Of a stretch of DNA of 64,000 nt, positions 1 through 11,809 are shown in pieces. A program made the translations under genes and the position numbers. The first letter of the stretch is position 1; every line of letters begins with the position of its first letter. Origin of the DNA: Selaginella moellendorffii (taxonomy: Eukaryota > Plantae > Lycopodiophyta); assembly GCF_000143415.4 (NCBI RefSeq), contig NW_003314279.1:1742493-1806492 (forward strand), given 5' to 3'. The notes under the pieces are model-generated. The model saw only the letters and a program-made list of their open reading frames with translations, was not told the origin of the DNA and ran no database searches.

Positions 1-243
1 ATCGCGCTCATTCTCTGGCAACGCCGCGATCATGTCCACGAGCTTTGGCGCTCGGGCAAGGCCGTAGCGGCGGCAAGCAGCGGATTTGAGCGCATTGAGA
101 TCGACGTCCTCACCGCTGCGGCATCCTTCCACCATAGCCCCTACAATCTCCGCAATTGCCCGTACCCTGGCCTCGTCCTCGCTCAGCCGCTGCTGGACAA
201 CGCCTCCCCGTCCCGGTGTCAATTTCCTGCGCTCCACTGCCAT
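1..243 (-). CDS. ELP3: Elongator complex protein 3 (radical-SAM/KAT, ELO3/HAG3), N-terminal coding part; gene continues beyond the window
   Basis: ATG at 243..241 reads [81 protein letters not shown]. This matches the plant ELP3 N-terminus as I recall it (EEARVRAI.EIV...[28 protein letters not shown]). It is GC-rich and open to the window edge. Confidence 0.93.
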   Translation of the reverse strand, partial: MAVERRKLTPGRGGVVQQRLSEDEARVRAIAEIVGAMVEGCRSGEDVDLNALKSAACRRYGLARAPKLVDMIAALPENERD

Positions 244-252
244 TTGCCGCTA

Positions 253-275
253 AAACCCTAACCCAAGAACCCTAA
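253..275. promoter_or_regulatory. Telo-box motifs (AAACCCTAA, AACCCTAA) just upstream of the ELP3 ATG
   Basis: AAACCCTAA at 253-261 and AACCCTAA at 268-275. Telo-boxes are typical of plant housekeeping and translation-related promoters and 5'UTRs. Confidence 0.6.
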
Positions 276-1766
276 AAGAAAAAGTTGAAATATATTTTTG
301 ACCAGCCATCGCTCCATTCTAGCCCTAAATTCAAACCTGTTAATTATTTCTTGTTTTGGCTTTAAAAATTAAATTATTTTGAATAAAGTTTTGTCAATTT
401 GAATTTTTGGTTTGCTTAAGCAAACCTGTATGGTAGTGAATATACCTAGAATATTCTTGGATATTCTAGGATATTCTACCATCTAACAGTTGTTATTTAT
501 TTAGATTAATTTTGTATTTATAATTTATAAATTTTTTTAAGCACTTTCTACCATCTAATGGATAATATGAAATCTTGGACAATTTAATTACAAAATTTAA
601 AGTATTAATATTAATTATTAATACTGATATTATGAGGTCCAAGTGTACAGTTATAATGCCATATACTAATATTAGCACAGTGGGATTTTGATAGCCGTCA
701 TATTAGTCTTAATTTAGACTATTTACTCTTGTTTATAAGCTAGAGTTAAACTAATTCATATTATTTCTATATTCCATTTCTATATTTCATGCATTCACAT
801 TAGTGGAGTTAAAGGGCAATTTTGATTACCTCTAAGAAATGCTTGGATTTAGGCTTTTAGTTTAAATCTAGCATTTATATCATTTAGATTTTATTTTCTT
901 TGTAACTTTTTCAATTTCTTCTCTTTTACTTTTTTTTCTTTTCATTTATCTTTATGGGAGAGAAGCAACTTTCTACTTTTTTGACTCTAAAGCAGCAATT
1001 GGCATAATTGTTCAATGTTATATAGTTGTAGTTGAATAATCAAACTCAGTTGATGGTAGTATTTATAGCTTGTGGGAAAGCAGCTCTTCCTGCTTTTACT
1101 CACATTTAATAAAGTTTTTTCATAGGAATCTTAGGGATGATATGTATCATTGATTTGATCACTTTACAGTGATTGCCACCTATCATTCTTAAAATGATGT
1201 TTGGCATTTGTATGAGCTTCCTATGTGTTTCTAAGGGATAGCATTGCAATAGGACAATGGTTTAAGTGTAACCACTCATGCTAATTGGAGCTTTCTCTTG
1301 AATGTTTTCAAACATGCATTTACATGTGTTGATAATTATGATGATACCTTCCAATAATTATATTGTTTTTATCAATGGCCACATGAATTAGTAATGCAAT
1401 TTAGCATTTGCTTCTGGAGTTTCTTGTTTCATGTGGAGTTAAATATATTGGAACAGAGCAAGTTAGGAATGCTGTGGCTATAACAAGTGTATGCATGAGT
1501 CCTATAAAATCTTGACAAAGTGTTGTGTTGATAATACTCTTTACTTGGTATAATATTGCAAAACATTGCCTCTTCCACTTCTTGCTACATGTTCTTCAAC
1601 TCCACTTCTTATTGATCATGGCCATGATATCCACTATTGGGCATGTGATGAGGTTGATCACACATATCAGTGTTGTTAGCATTTTCTAGATTAGCATCCT
1701 CCATTTCTTAGGTGGAATCCTTAGCGTCAACAACATTTTATTAGTGTTGTTACAATGGAAGGTTTA

Positions 1767-2363
1767 TGTAAACAATAAAAGAGAACGACTTAAGAGACAA
1801 TCTATAAGAGTTCAAATATACAAGGAAAGGGCTTATGAAAAAGAGTGCGCCTGTTTTTCCAATTGGTTAAAGGTTTTGGGATACTTAAAGTTAAACATCA
1901 TTAGGTTTGAGTAGTACTAGTTTGGGTGACTTCCCAGAAAGTTTAAATTTAGGAGTTTACATTTGGTATTAGAGAGGTTTTGAGTCTAACTTTGTTGGTT
2001 AACTAAGGGAATCACACAATATGTTAAAATTGATATTTGATAGGTTTAGTTTGCCTTTGGCTGGGCTCAACTCGAGGGGTAGGGTGTTAAAAGAGCAAGG
2101 CTCTTAAGAGAGCTATAGCTTTTAGCTTTTTTTCACGAGGGCATGAACTTGTAAAGAAGCGTGATGGATTGTAAACAACTAAAGAAAATAACTAAAGAGA
2201 TAATTCATAAGGGTTTAAATATAGAGAGAAAAGACCTATAAAAAAGAGTGCATCCCCTTTTCCAATTAATTAAAGGTTTTGGGATACTTAAAGTTAAATG
2301 TCTTTGAGTTTGAGTAGTACTAGGTTGGGTGATCTCCCGAAAGTCCAAATTTAAGATCTTATA
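1767..2363 (+). mobile_element. Cassandra TRIM, full-length and decayed (5S-derived LTRs)
   Basis: LTRs at 1767-1961 and 2170-2363, each with a 5S-like AGTAGTACTAG.TTGGGTGA..TCCC..AAAGT core. PBS TGGTATTAGAG at 1964. TSD GTTTA/ATTTA (4/5). Collinear with the younger copy at 44494. Confidence 0.88.
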
Positions 2364-2662
2364 ATTTAAATATTGAGATTCTTCTAAAAAATAAGAAGTC
2401 AAGAGAATAGTCGAGGGTCTTTATGTAAATAAGTCAATGATCTTTTTATCCTTCTTTCTCAAGTACCATCAAGAGGTTCACTTAGCACTACAAGAAACTA
2501 AATTTTTCATTCTACTTTAGTCACTTAACTATGCCTTTAACCAATTAGAGGAGTCTCTCACATAACCTCTATAAGTCCTCATCCCAACTTAGGGCACTTA
2601 CTAACCCTATATGCGTTCTTATGACCCTAATACTCTTTCTATCTTTTGCCACTAAATTGCCT

Positions 2663-2950
2663 TATTACAGCCAGAGAAAACTCAGACTCCTACTCTTACT
2701 CCTATTCTTACTCCTACTTCCACTCCGACTCCTACTCCCACTCCTACTCCTACTCCTACTCCTACTCCCTTGTTACAGCCATGGGCATCTTGAGAGAGGG
2801 AGAGGGAATATTTTGATTTTCAAAATATTCTAAATGGTTGTATAAAAACCATAAATATTAAAGGTTTTGCACTTTGTGTCTTAAGATAAAGCATGGAGAG
2901 AGAGAGCTTAGGACGTAAGCAAAACCACAAAGAATGAGGTGCTATACCTT
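2663..2950 (+). repeat. ~290 bp direct repeat (partner at 9021-9290) containing a (CTCCTA)n microsatellite; probable LTR 5' part
   Basis: T(G/A)TTACA(G/A)CC..., (CTCCTA)n and GGGCATCTT.AGAGAGGGAGAGGGAATA...AAATGGTTGTATAAAAACC are shared with 9021-9290. Confidence 0.7.
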
Positions 2951-4329
2951 AATATGGTGAATCTAGCATGACATTTGTCTTCTTTCTTTCTAAAGCATTT
3001 CTTGATTGATAGAGAAGATCCATGGGATTTGGAGTGGCAATCTAGGCTAGAAGTGGTAGGATTACCCCTATGGAGAGATCTTTGAGTGTTGGAGTGAGAT
3101 TTCATTTTCTCGAAGTTATGGTGAGCAATGCGAGTTTCCAGTGTTCTCATTTGTTTTTGACCTATTTGAGGGGCTCTTTCTTTAGGTATGTAGATCTCAA
3201 GCTCTTCTTTCCAATGAGAATAGACACTTATGATTTGGTGGAGAGATGAAAGAGTTTTAGTGATTTTTCTTTCAGTTTTTATTCCTCTGCCTACATGCAT
3301 TTGTTTTCACCCTAAGCTTGAATCTTGGGAAAAGATTGTACCAATTTGTTTGATGAGCTCCTAAATCTTGCTAATAGTTTGTTTGTTTGGGGAGTGGTTT
3401 GTTGGAGGCCAATTTGTTGGGAGCCTTGATATATATGCATTTTTCTTTCAGTGTGCAAACACTATTCAGTATGGAAGCTTTGCAAGGTGAGAATTCTCTC
3501 CATTTTGTGCATCCTTATAAGATCTTGTTTTTGATTGGTCTTAAGATATGGATAGAGTTGCCCATCATCCAAATTTGTGCATTTCCATCGTTTTTTGCTA
3601 ATCACGTTTTAGTTTCTTTCTTCTTACTCTGCTCTTCCTTTTAAGTCATCATTTCAATATTTTTCATGGAGTTTTGAGCTAGATCTGAGTCATTTTTTCT
3701 AGCACCATATGATAAATGAAGTTGCATGCTTCTTTAGCACATAAAGTTTTTACCTTTTTTGCAATTTCTTGCATCAAGATTATAGATCCCTTTATGATCT
3801 CTTATTTCCATGTTGCATCATCTAATTTGGTATCTAATTTCGTGAGATCTTATTATTCTTCATTAGCTTTCATCCTTGTTTAAGTGTGATTATTATTCTT
3901 AAGAGTTTTTCTCCCATCTTGCACTCTGTTTTTGCAAATCTTTGTGTGAGAATGATTTAGCTTTTTAGGTTGATATTGAGCCACTTTCCAGGTGATTCTA
4001 AGAGTTCTTAGCAGAAAAGCACAACATTTGTTTCTTTTAGAGATATTTTGACATTTTCATGCCTTTTAGAGTTTTATTTTGGAATTTGCAACATTTATGA
4101 CCATTTATTTTGGTTGTGAGCTTTTCTTAGGGTGTCTGGGGATGATTCAACTTGCTAGAGAGTGCATCACATCATAGCATTTACCATGTTTAGGCATTTG
4201 TAGTGATTCAAACATTTTATGCTAGTGACAACACGTTTACAATCACCTAAAGGATCAATTTGGAAGGCACCAATCTCCACTCTTAAAGGCAAGTTTTCAC
4301 ATTTAAGGCAAGACTTTAATTTCCATAAA

Positions 4330-6160
4330 TTAATATCAGATGAGGAGGATTCATTGAATCCAACAAATACCTGGACTAGGGATTTGTAGCAGCTAATAGA
4401 GACGGCTAATCCAGTCTATATCCTACAGCAGAGTGTGGATTTACCTCTCTTCACACTAAGAGCTTCGTCAGCACGAAGTCATATAGTAGAATTTAAGGTC
4501 TTTTGTGACTTAAATAGAATCACGACAGATGCAGGCAAAGGTGCAACCACTTTCTTTGATCGATGTATGGACAAGCTTAGGTTTGGGTAGAGTCACTCTT
4601 GGATATAGAGCGGGAATGATATACAAAGGTGAAGAGACTCTTCCTTAGGATATTTAGATAGGAGAAAGATCTCCAACAATTTCACACCGAGTTGTTTTCT
4701 TTTTGGCAAGCACAACATGAGTTTGTTATTGAGTATATTTGGCGGTTCAAGAAGCATTAGAAGCTATGCCTCACTCAAACCCCAGGCCTAATAGAGACAA
4801 TCGTGGTTACCACCTTTGTCCAGGGGCTGAAGCCACTCATCTAGTGGAAACTTCTCAAGGGTAAGCATATCGAGTGTTATTCAGCTTTTGAGCATGCCGA
4901 GAAGGTTGAGAAAGAGCTTTGCCTCACTCTAAGTGTCTTCTAAGTTGCCTAGTCTCCATCTAGCCACATCCTCAAGCATTTGATTGCAATAGTTTCTCAC
5001 CAACCTCCACCCAGAGTTGCGGAAGAGAGATTGCCACTAGTATTGGAATCTGCTGTTACTGAATTTCACTAGTACAAAAACCTCCTTGAGTGTCAATAAC
5101 AAGCTCTCTTACAATTGCAACAGCAACAAACTACCATTCTTGAGGAACTTAAATTATTGAGATTTGAGCAAATAAAGACAACATTAAGATGACTCTGTCG
5201 TTGGTGTACCCATTGTGAGGCTAGAACACACTCGATAGAATAGTGCTATCGCCTCCATCTAGAGCTTTAACCTCCAAGGAGCCAATGTGTCTAGGAGCAT
5301 CCACTTGCTAGTAACTCTGCACTTCAACCACCTCTAGATGGATATCAATAGCAGCTCTAGCAGCAAGCAATTGAAGTGCCCCATCGACAAGCAAAGGAAA
5401 AGAACCAGCTCTCCACATCAACACCATCAGCAATGAGACCCTTACAGTTGTGATTTGAGCTCAAAAGAAACGTCATCTAACATCCCTGAACATCAATAGA
5501 GAGCATGACTCAACTGTTTAACAAGTACTAGGTCCAACCATCACATGCAAGTTGCCTTTTAAGTTGGTATTTGTTGGCTCCCCTATAGTTGATGTTGGAC
5601 CTTCTTAGCTTGACAACACATCTTCTCCAGGCTTGGCTAATACATCTTCAATGACTCCTACCACATCTTCATCTCTTCTGACATATGTCATGTAGCAGCT
5701 ATTGCATAGCTTAGTCACCCTTTTACTTGGACACCTTTTATGATCAGTCTTAGGAATTGGATAGCAGCTAAAAACTTTTGCATGTTCTAGCAAACCTCTT
5801 CTTCATGCTGGAGAGGAGATCCACATCGTGGATACCACAACAACATAAGATTTAGGAGCTTTTATGGCATCAGTCACTTTGGGAAATATTGTCATAGTAG
5901 AAGCACTCTTGGATTTAGAATCAGGGAGTAATGCCATCTCCTTGGCATTGGCAAAGTCTGCTGGGTTCTAGATCAAGGACAACATAGCCATCATCCTCAA
6001 AACCTTTGCAAACCATACCGTGATCCCTATGGGTATATGTTGCAAAGTGTCTATATCAATCCTAGGGATCTCATTATTGGTGGATTTTGTGGTGATGGAC
6101 TTCCAATATATGAACTCCCACTCCCTAACCAATCTTATCATCTTGGGATGCACATAGCAC
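4330..6160 (+). pseudogene. Decayed Ty3/gypsy gag (CCHC knuckle) and aspartic protease; no RT seen downstream
   Basis: CTHCEARTHSIE*C at 5205-5246 fits C-X2-C-X4-H-X4-C. From 5858: AFMASVTLGNIVIVEALLDLESGSNAIS...LLVDFVVMDF...LIILGCT, a retropepsin-like sequence. The left boundary is approximate. Confidence 0.65.
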
Positions 6161-9020
6161 CTCTAAGCAGATGTTGAGACATACTAAAAGAAGGGAATAA
6201 TGCAAATTAGTGGTCATATCAAGACTGCCAAACTGTACAACACTCATGGCCACTCCTTGCAAAAGACAAGTCCAACTCCAACCCCTACTGCTACTTCTTC
6301 CAAGTCTCCAAGACGTCTAACATTTCCAGTTGAGCTTGTTGTTGTCTTCCTCGAGCTCCTTGACAATCCATCACTACTAAAAATGGGGGTATTTAGCATC
6401 CACACTTTTTCTACATCCAATGCTACTACTGAACCATCCATGGCCATTTGCACTAGTGTTATACAATCCCCATCATAATAAGAACTTGCTTCTTTTCTTA
6501 AGGCATGGGCACTTCTAGTGGTTCAAGAGGCGTTAAAGAGGCTCTTATCCAGCCATATATCAGCTATATGCTCTTCTCCTTGCTCCATTCTGTAACGCAT
6601 GCTCACAAAAGGTGGTCATCTTTCCCGGGTGCCACCAACAGCAACCAACTCCTCAGCCTCTTTATTTGAGGACCAAGCTTCTTGGATCAATAGTAGTAGT
6701 TGAGTTTCTAGTCAAGCTTGGAGCTAGGGATAATGTGAAAACAGCAAGTGATGATGTGCCAGATGGGAGTGACGACACTTCTAGCATTCCAACAATCGTG
6801 GCCATGACTTTCAGTGATCAAGAGACTCTAGGAAACTCAAAGACATTAGTGGCACAATCTCCTCCAGTCAAAGCACTTGAACACCTTGGATCTTACAAGT
6901 TCCAGAATGTGGCATTTTCCCTTGCGGAGGAGATCCCAACTACTCAATGTCCTTTATTTAGACCTGCATCATGTTGTTTACTCTTGTCTACTAGCTTTTC
7001 CTTTCCAGGACACACTCACAAATCCATGTACTTTATCATGGATCCCTACAAGCTTGATAGACAACACTCTTGCAACTACTCAATCCACTATCTCAACTCC
7101 AAGTCCTTTTCCTCACCAACAAGGACCGTCACACAAGGATCTAAGACCCTTGTAGCACCATTTGGACATGGTGCATGCTAGTTAGGGAGTAGAAGGTGGT
7201 GCAGCCCTCAAAGGTTGTAGAAACACTGCTCCAATCTCTGTTTTTGACTTTGGCCACACTCAAGAGTCTTTGTATAGCTTCCTTGACATTCAGCAAAGTT
7301 TTCTTCAGTCTACAGTAGCTCCATATCACTTTGGAGTCACTACTCAGCTACTTCGACATGGCATTGCAAAGTTGCATAGCTTCGGGTTTCATTATGTTTC
7401 AGCTCCGATTCTCAGCATGATGTTATCAAGTATGGAACCTTCACAGATACCATTCTCATCATGATGGTCCAATCTGTTCATAGTTGCAAAGCACATTTGA
7501 TTTTGTGGTAGCTTTCCCAATCATCAACACTCTATTTACCCACTAAACTTCTACAAGCACTCAGTGTGACTTTCTCCTCTTCAACAGCATAAAAAATTCC
7601 CCATCCAAGAGTAGCTAGCACAGCAAAACACCATGCTCCAAGTCTCATATCAATATCTCTTGTGGTCCCGAATTCTCTCGACACCACAAGTTTTGGATCA
7701 TCATGCCTGACATCACCTCAACTTTCCATGGAATCCAAGGCATTCTCTAGGATTCCCTTCACCCTCCAAAGGGGAGCTCCTTCATGACAACACTCAAAAA
7801 AAGCTCAACTCACTACCTTCTTCACTAACAGTGAATTCTCTCCTCTCTTTGGGTTTCTAGCTTTCTTTTCTTTTTCTCTTTGTTTTTACTTGTTTCTTAT
7901 GTCCTTCCAGGTCATATCCTCTTGCCGACACAAGCTCAAGCTTGGATTCCAGCCTCAAGGTGGCCTTAACTCCACTCGTCCAAAAGCTCGTCTTTCAGCC
8001 TTTCACCTTGGTTCCTAGGTTCTTGTCTCTATCACTTTTGGGAAGACATCCTCCTCTTCATTTCCATCCACTTACATTCACAAATCATTACTCTATTCAC
8101 TTTTATAATTATTGCATTCCATCATTACAAATACCCACTCTCTGTTTTTCATTATTTCCACACCATGCATATATGGTACTTAGGATCTTCCAACATCACT
8201 CTATTGAGAATACTTTCAGCAATACAATGCAATAAAAATCAAACTTTTTGGACATTTGAGACAAAAGATACAACTTGAACCATCACAATATGAGACTTGC
8301 AGCAAATCTAAGGACATTCCAACTCTTTTCTTTAGTTGGTTGAGCCTGCATAGAACATGCATCTAGACACTCATCAGTGGAGCAGACAAATCTCCTCACT
8401 CCACATGCTTCCAACTGCGTTTGGCCATAGAAGTCACTTCATCTCGGGTTGCAACACACTTTACACCAAATCCTAATATTAGCTATTACTTCCAGTTGTG
8501 ACATCAGACCATGCATGGTCCTCTTCTCTATCATCCACCACAATATGGCTTCCATTCCATCCATTCCATTAGCTCTTGGGCCACAATTTTTATCTCTTTT
8601 CACACATACCCTCACTATGCAATGCATTCACTCTACTTCACATTCTTCCTTGGAACTTTGGGGGTGATTTGGGCATGTTTGAGGGACTTTTCAGAGGTGT
8701 GGGGACCTATGAAGCTAGAGTCTAGGTTCATGCCTTATTTTTCCTTTGTTTTTCTTTTTTTTCTTTGTTTTTGTCTCTTTGTCACTTTTCCTGACTTGAG
8801 TATCTAGTTCTGGCTTAGAGTTTTTCTTATGTGGTTTTTCCTCTAACTCAGAACTCCACACTCCATTTCCCTTTTCAATTTTTCAGTTTTCTCTTTTTTT
8901 TCCTTTGTCTTTTTTTGTTTCTACCACTTGCAATAGTTACTAGCTCTTGGCATTAGACTTCTTCAACTTCATTATGGATTCTCGCCACATCAGAGCTTGT
9001 GGTGATCCACTGTGGTCACC

Positions 9021-9290
9021 TGTTACAACCAAAGAGACAACTCCCACTCTAACTCCTACTCCTACTCTTGTTTCTACTCCTACTCCTACTCCCTTATTGC
9101 AGCTTTGGGCATCTTAAGAGAGGGAGAGGGAATATTCTTATTCTTGAAATATTCTAAATGGTTGTATAAAAACCACACGAGGGCAAAATATCAAAAGTTC
9201 TGTGCTTTGTGTCTTAAGTTAGAGCATGGAGAGAGAGGTTAAGACATGAATACAGCCATAGAGAGGAGGAAGATTGAGGTGTCATACATC
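9021..9290 (+). repeat. Second copy of the 2663-2950 direct repeat
   Basis: Starts TGTTACAACC, followed by (CTCCTA)n and the same downstream block. Confidence 0.7.
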
Positions 9291-9448
9291 AACAACCCTA
9301 ACACCACAACCCAGCCACTTAATACTCTCTCCACCTTCCACCACTAAGATGCCCCAACCATGTGGCTAGAGTGAGGTTCCAATGAGCTACCCACACTTGA
9401 TAGCTCGGGGGAGGTAGATGTAAGCTCTTGAGTTTGAAGGGGGACCCT

Positions 9449-11809
9449 ATTCCAGTTGTTTGGTACCAAGTTGAAGTTTAGTACAGCTTACCATCCTCAA
9501 ACCGATGGGCAGACCGAACGCATGAATGCTCAAGTTGAGGATTATTTGCGGTACTATGTCGCGGCGGACCAACGCGACTGGGTTGAGCATTTGGATACGG
9601 CAGAAATATGTTATAACAACACATTTCATAGTGCTATAGGCTGTTCTCCATGGGAGATATTGCAAGGGAATGCTCGTGGGGTTCCTCAACAGATCGTTGT
9701 CCCGAAACCAATGACCGAAGTGTTGGTCCCAGCCGTGGAAACTTATGTGGAGCAGCTACGCCAAGGTTGGTCTAAAGCTACCGAGGCGATGGGCAAAGCT
9801 CAGGATAGGTATCGACATGATAAGGATCAGCATCGTCGGGATGTATCCTATCTAGTGGGAGATCAGGTGTGGCTATCTTCCCGAAACTTGAACATCAAAG
9901 GTTCTTTGTCTCGGAAGCTCTTCCCGAGATATGTTGGACCCTATCGGGTGTTGGCACAAGTTGGTGATGTATCCTATAAGTTGGATCTTCCGGATGAGTT
10001 GTCCCATGTACATGATGTGTTTCATGTCAGTTTATTGGCACCATATCGTGTTAATGCGGATCGCTCTATGGACATTCGTCCCCCTCCGGAAGTTGTGGAT
10101 GGTGATATGGAGTATGAGGTCGAGGCGATTCTCTTGTTCTCTTGCTCGTGGTGGTCGTTCCAAGGAATATTTAGTTAAGTGGAAAGGTTACCCGACTTGT
10201 GAATCAACTTGGGAACCTCTTAGTAATCTTACCCATGCTCGTGAGCTTGTCACGGAGTATGAGAATTGTAATAAAGACTAGCTTTTGTAATAAATCTTGC
10301 AAATTAATAAAGTAAAATATTTCTATCACTCAAGTGTCGTTTCTCTCGATCAATTGTACTTGGGTCAGTTTTGGCAGGTTGACTTCGGCACTTCGGTGCC
10401 TGGGTCCAATCCATAACCACGGGGATACCTATTCTAGACTGATCACAAGTCCCCGCCTCTCTCTTGATGACTCCTTTTCAAAACAAAAAAAAAAGGGGCG
10501 TGGTCGTGTAAACAACTTAATCTGCCAGTTTATAATAGTTGTCTAAATCTTCCCGACGGGGTTGATTTCTTGCTCAGGGGCAGTTGGGCCTCTGGCCTTC
10601 TCCCTATATCCCTGCGGGCAGGGATGTATCATTCCTTTGTAAGCTGAGTGGTACTCAGAGCAGCAAGGGTGGCTAACTCCGTTGGTCATTTCCTTGTCGG
10701 CGACGGCCGGAGGGTGTCTGAGTCTTAACGTCTTTGGACGTAGAGGAGAGGTCATTCCATAACTCATTTAAGTCGGTGTGTTTCCCACATAGTGTGCTTT
10801 CCGTTAACTTTCAGAGTTGTTTCCTTGACGGTTTGCTAGACTCGGGTATGCATCGACGAGGACGTCGATCTTCTCCAAGGGGGGGAGAGTGTCGCGAATG
10901 TGACTTCGGGTATCGAAAGATACTTGTCGGCTAGTCCTTATGGACACTCTTTCCTTACTGCCATGACGGCAGGAGGTCGGTACAGTTGGTTCCCTTTATC
11001 GTTCCCACTTGAGCTAGTTGAGAAACTGGTCAATGACCGTGCACTTAAATTGGATAAACATAAGGTAGGAACCCTATGTGTTTCTTGCTGAGCATACTCG
11101 GCCTGGTTTGAGAAACTCGTATCATTGGCTTGCACTTGCTGGTATCAAGAACCCCCGTGATATTGCGACTAGTCCCTCAATATTCACTAGATGATAGCTT
11201 ACCGTGTTTGCCAAACACCCTCGCTATCACGCCTTTTGTGTTGGTCTCATTTTGGTCCCAAATGCTATTTATGGAAAGTGTCTAGATTAGCTCATTTGGC
11301 ATATCTACGGAATGTAGAGATCGGCCTGAACACAATGGTGTTTGTCCCGTGTCCAAATTCGCAATCTAAGGACATTCCATACTTAATAAGTTTCGGACTT
11401 GTCCTAGAGACTAACTCCTGGTACTAAGGGAGGCTTGGGGTGAAAGCCCAAAGCGTATGTCCCTCAAGGGGGGGGGGGGGCTATGGGGGGTTCCAAATGT
11501 ATAGTAGGGATAGTGGTTGGAATGCATGTCTGACCACCTGAGACATTAGTTTGGCTCCCGCTGGGCTGTGTCGCTCCTTGTTCTGCGTCCGGCTTGGGTC
11601 TAAGCCCAAGCTCCACGCTGCTCTAGTCAGTGGAGTACCCTCCTTCTCGCGTTAGGCCACCGGTATGCCAAAATTGTGCCAGACTCCGTCTGACACCATT
11701 TTGCGTGCAGGTGCTGGATACGGGGAGCTGGTGCTCGTGGGATTGTACCGGACCCTCGTTTCGTAGCGCAACGGGCTTGGAGTTCGGCTCCAAATTCAAG
11801 TGCGCTACA
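9449..11809 (+). mobile_element. 5'-truncated Ty3/gypsy chromovirus: integrase C-half, chromodomain, 3'UTR, PPT and 3' LTR (autonomous relative of family B)
   Basis: ORF 9456-10178 has STAYHPQTDGQTER...RYVGPY...VFHVSLL...EYEVEAIL. After a frameshift, EYLVKWKGYPTCESTWEP (chromodomain) ends at 10281. PPT AAGGGGGGGAGAG precedes the LTR TGTCGCG at 10890, which ends GCGCTACA at 11809. Confidence 0.9.

Noticed and set aside
2621-2833. Signal-peptide-like poly-Leu ORF
   Set aside because: It is the translation of the (CTCCTA)n microsatellite.
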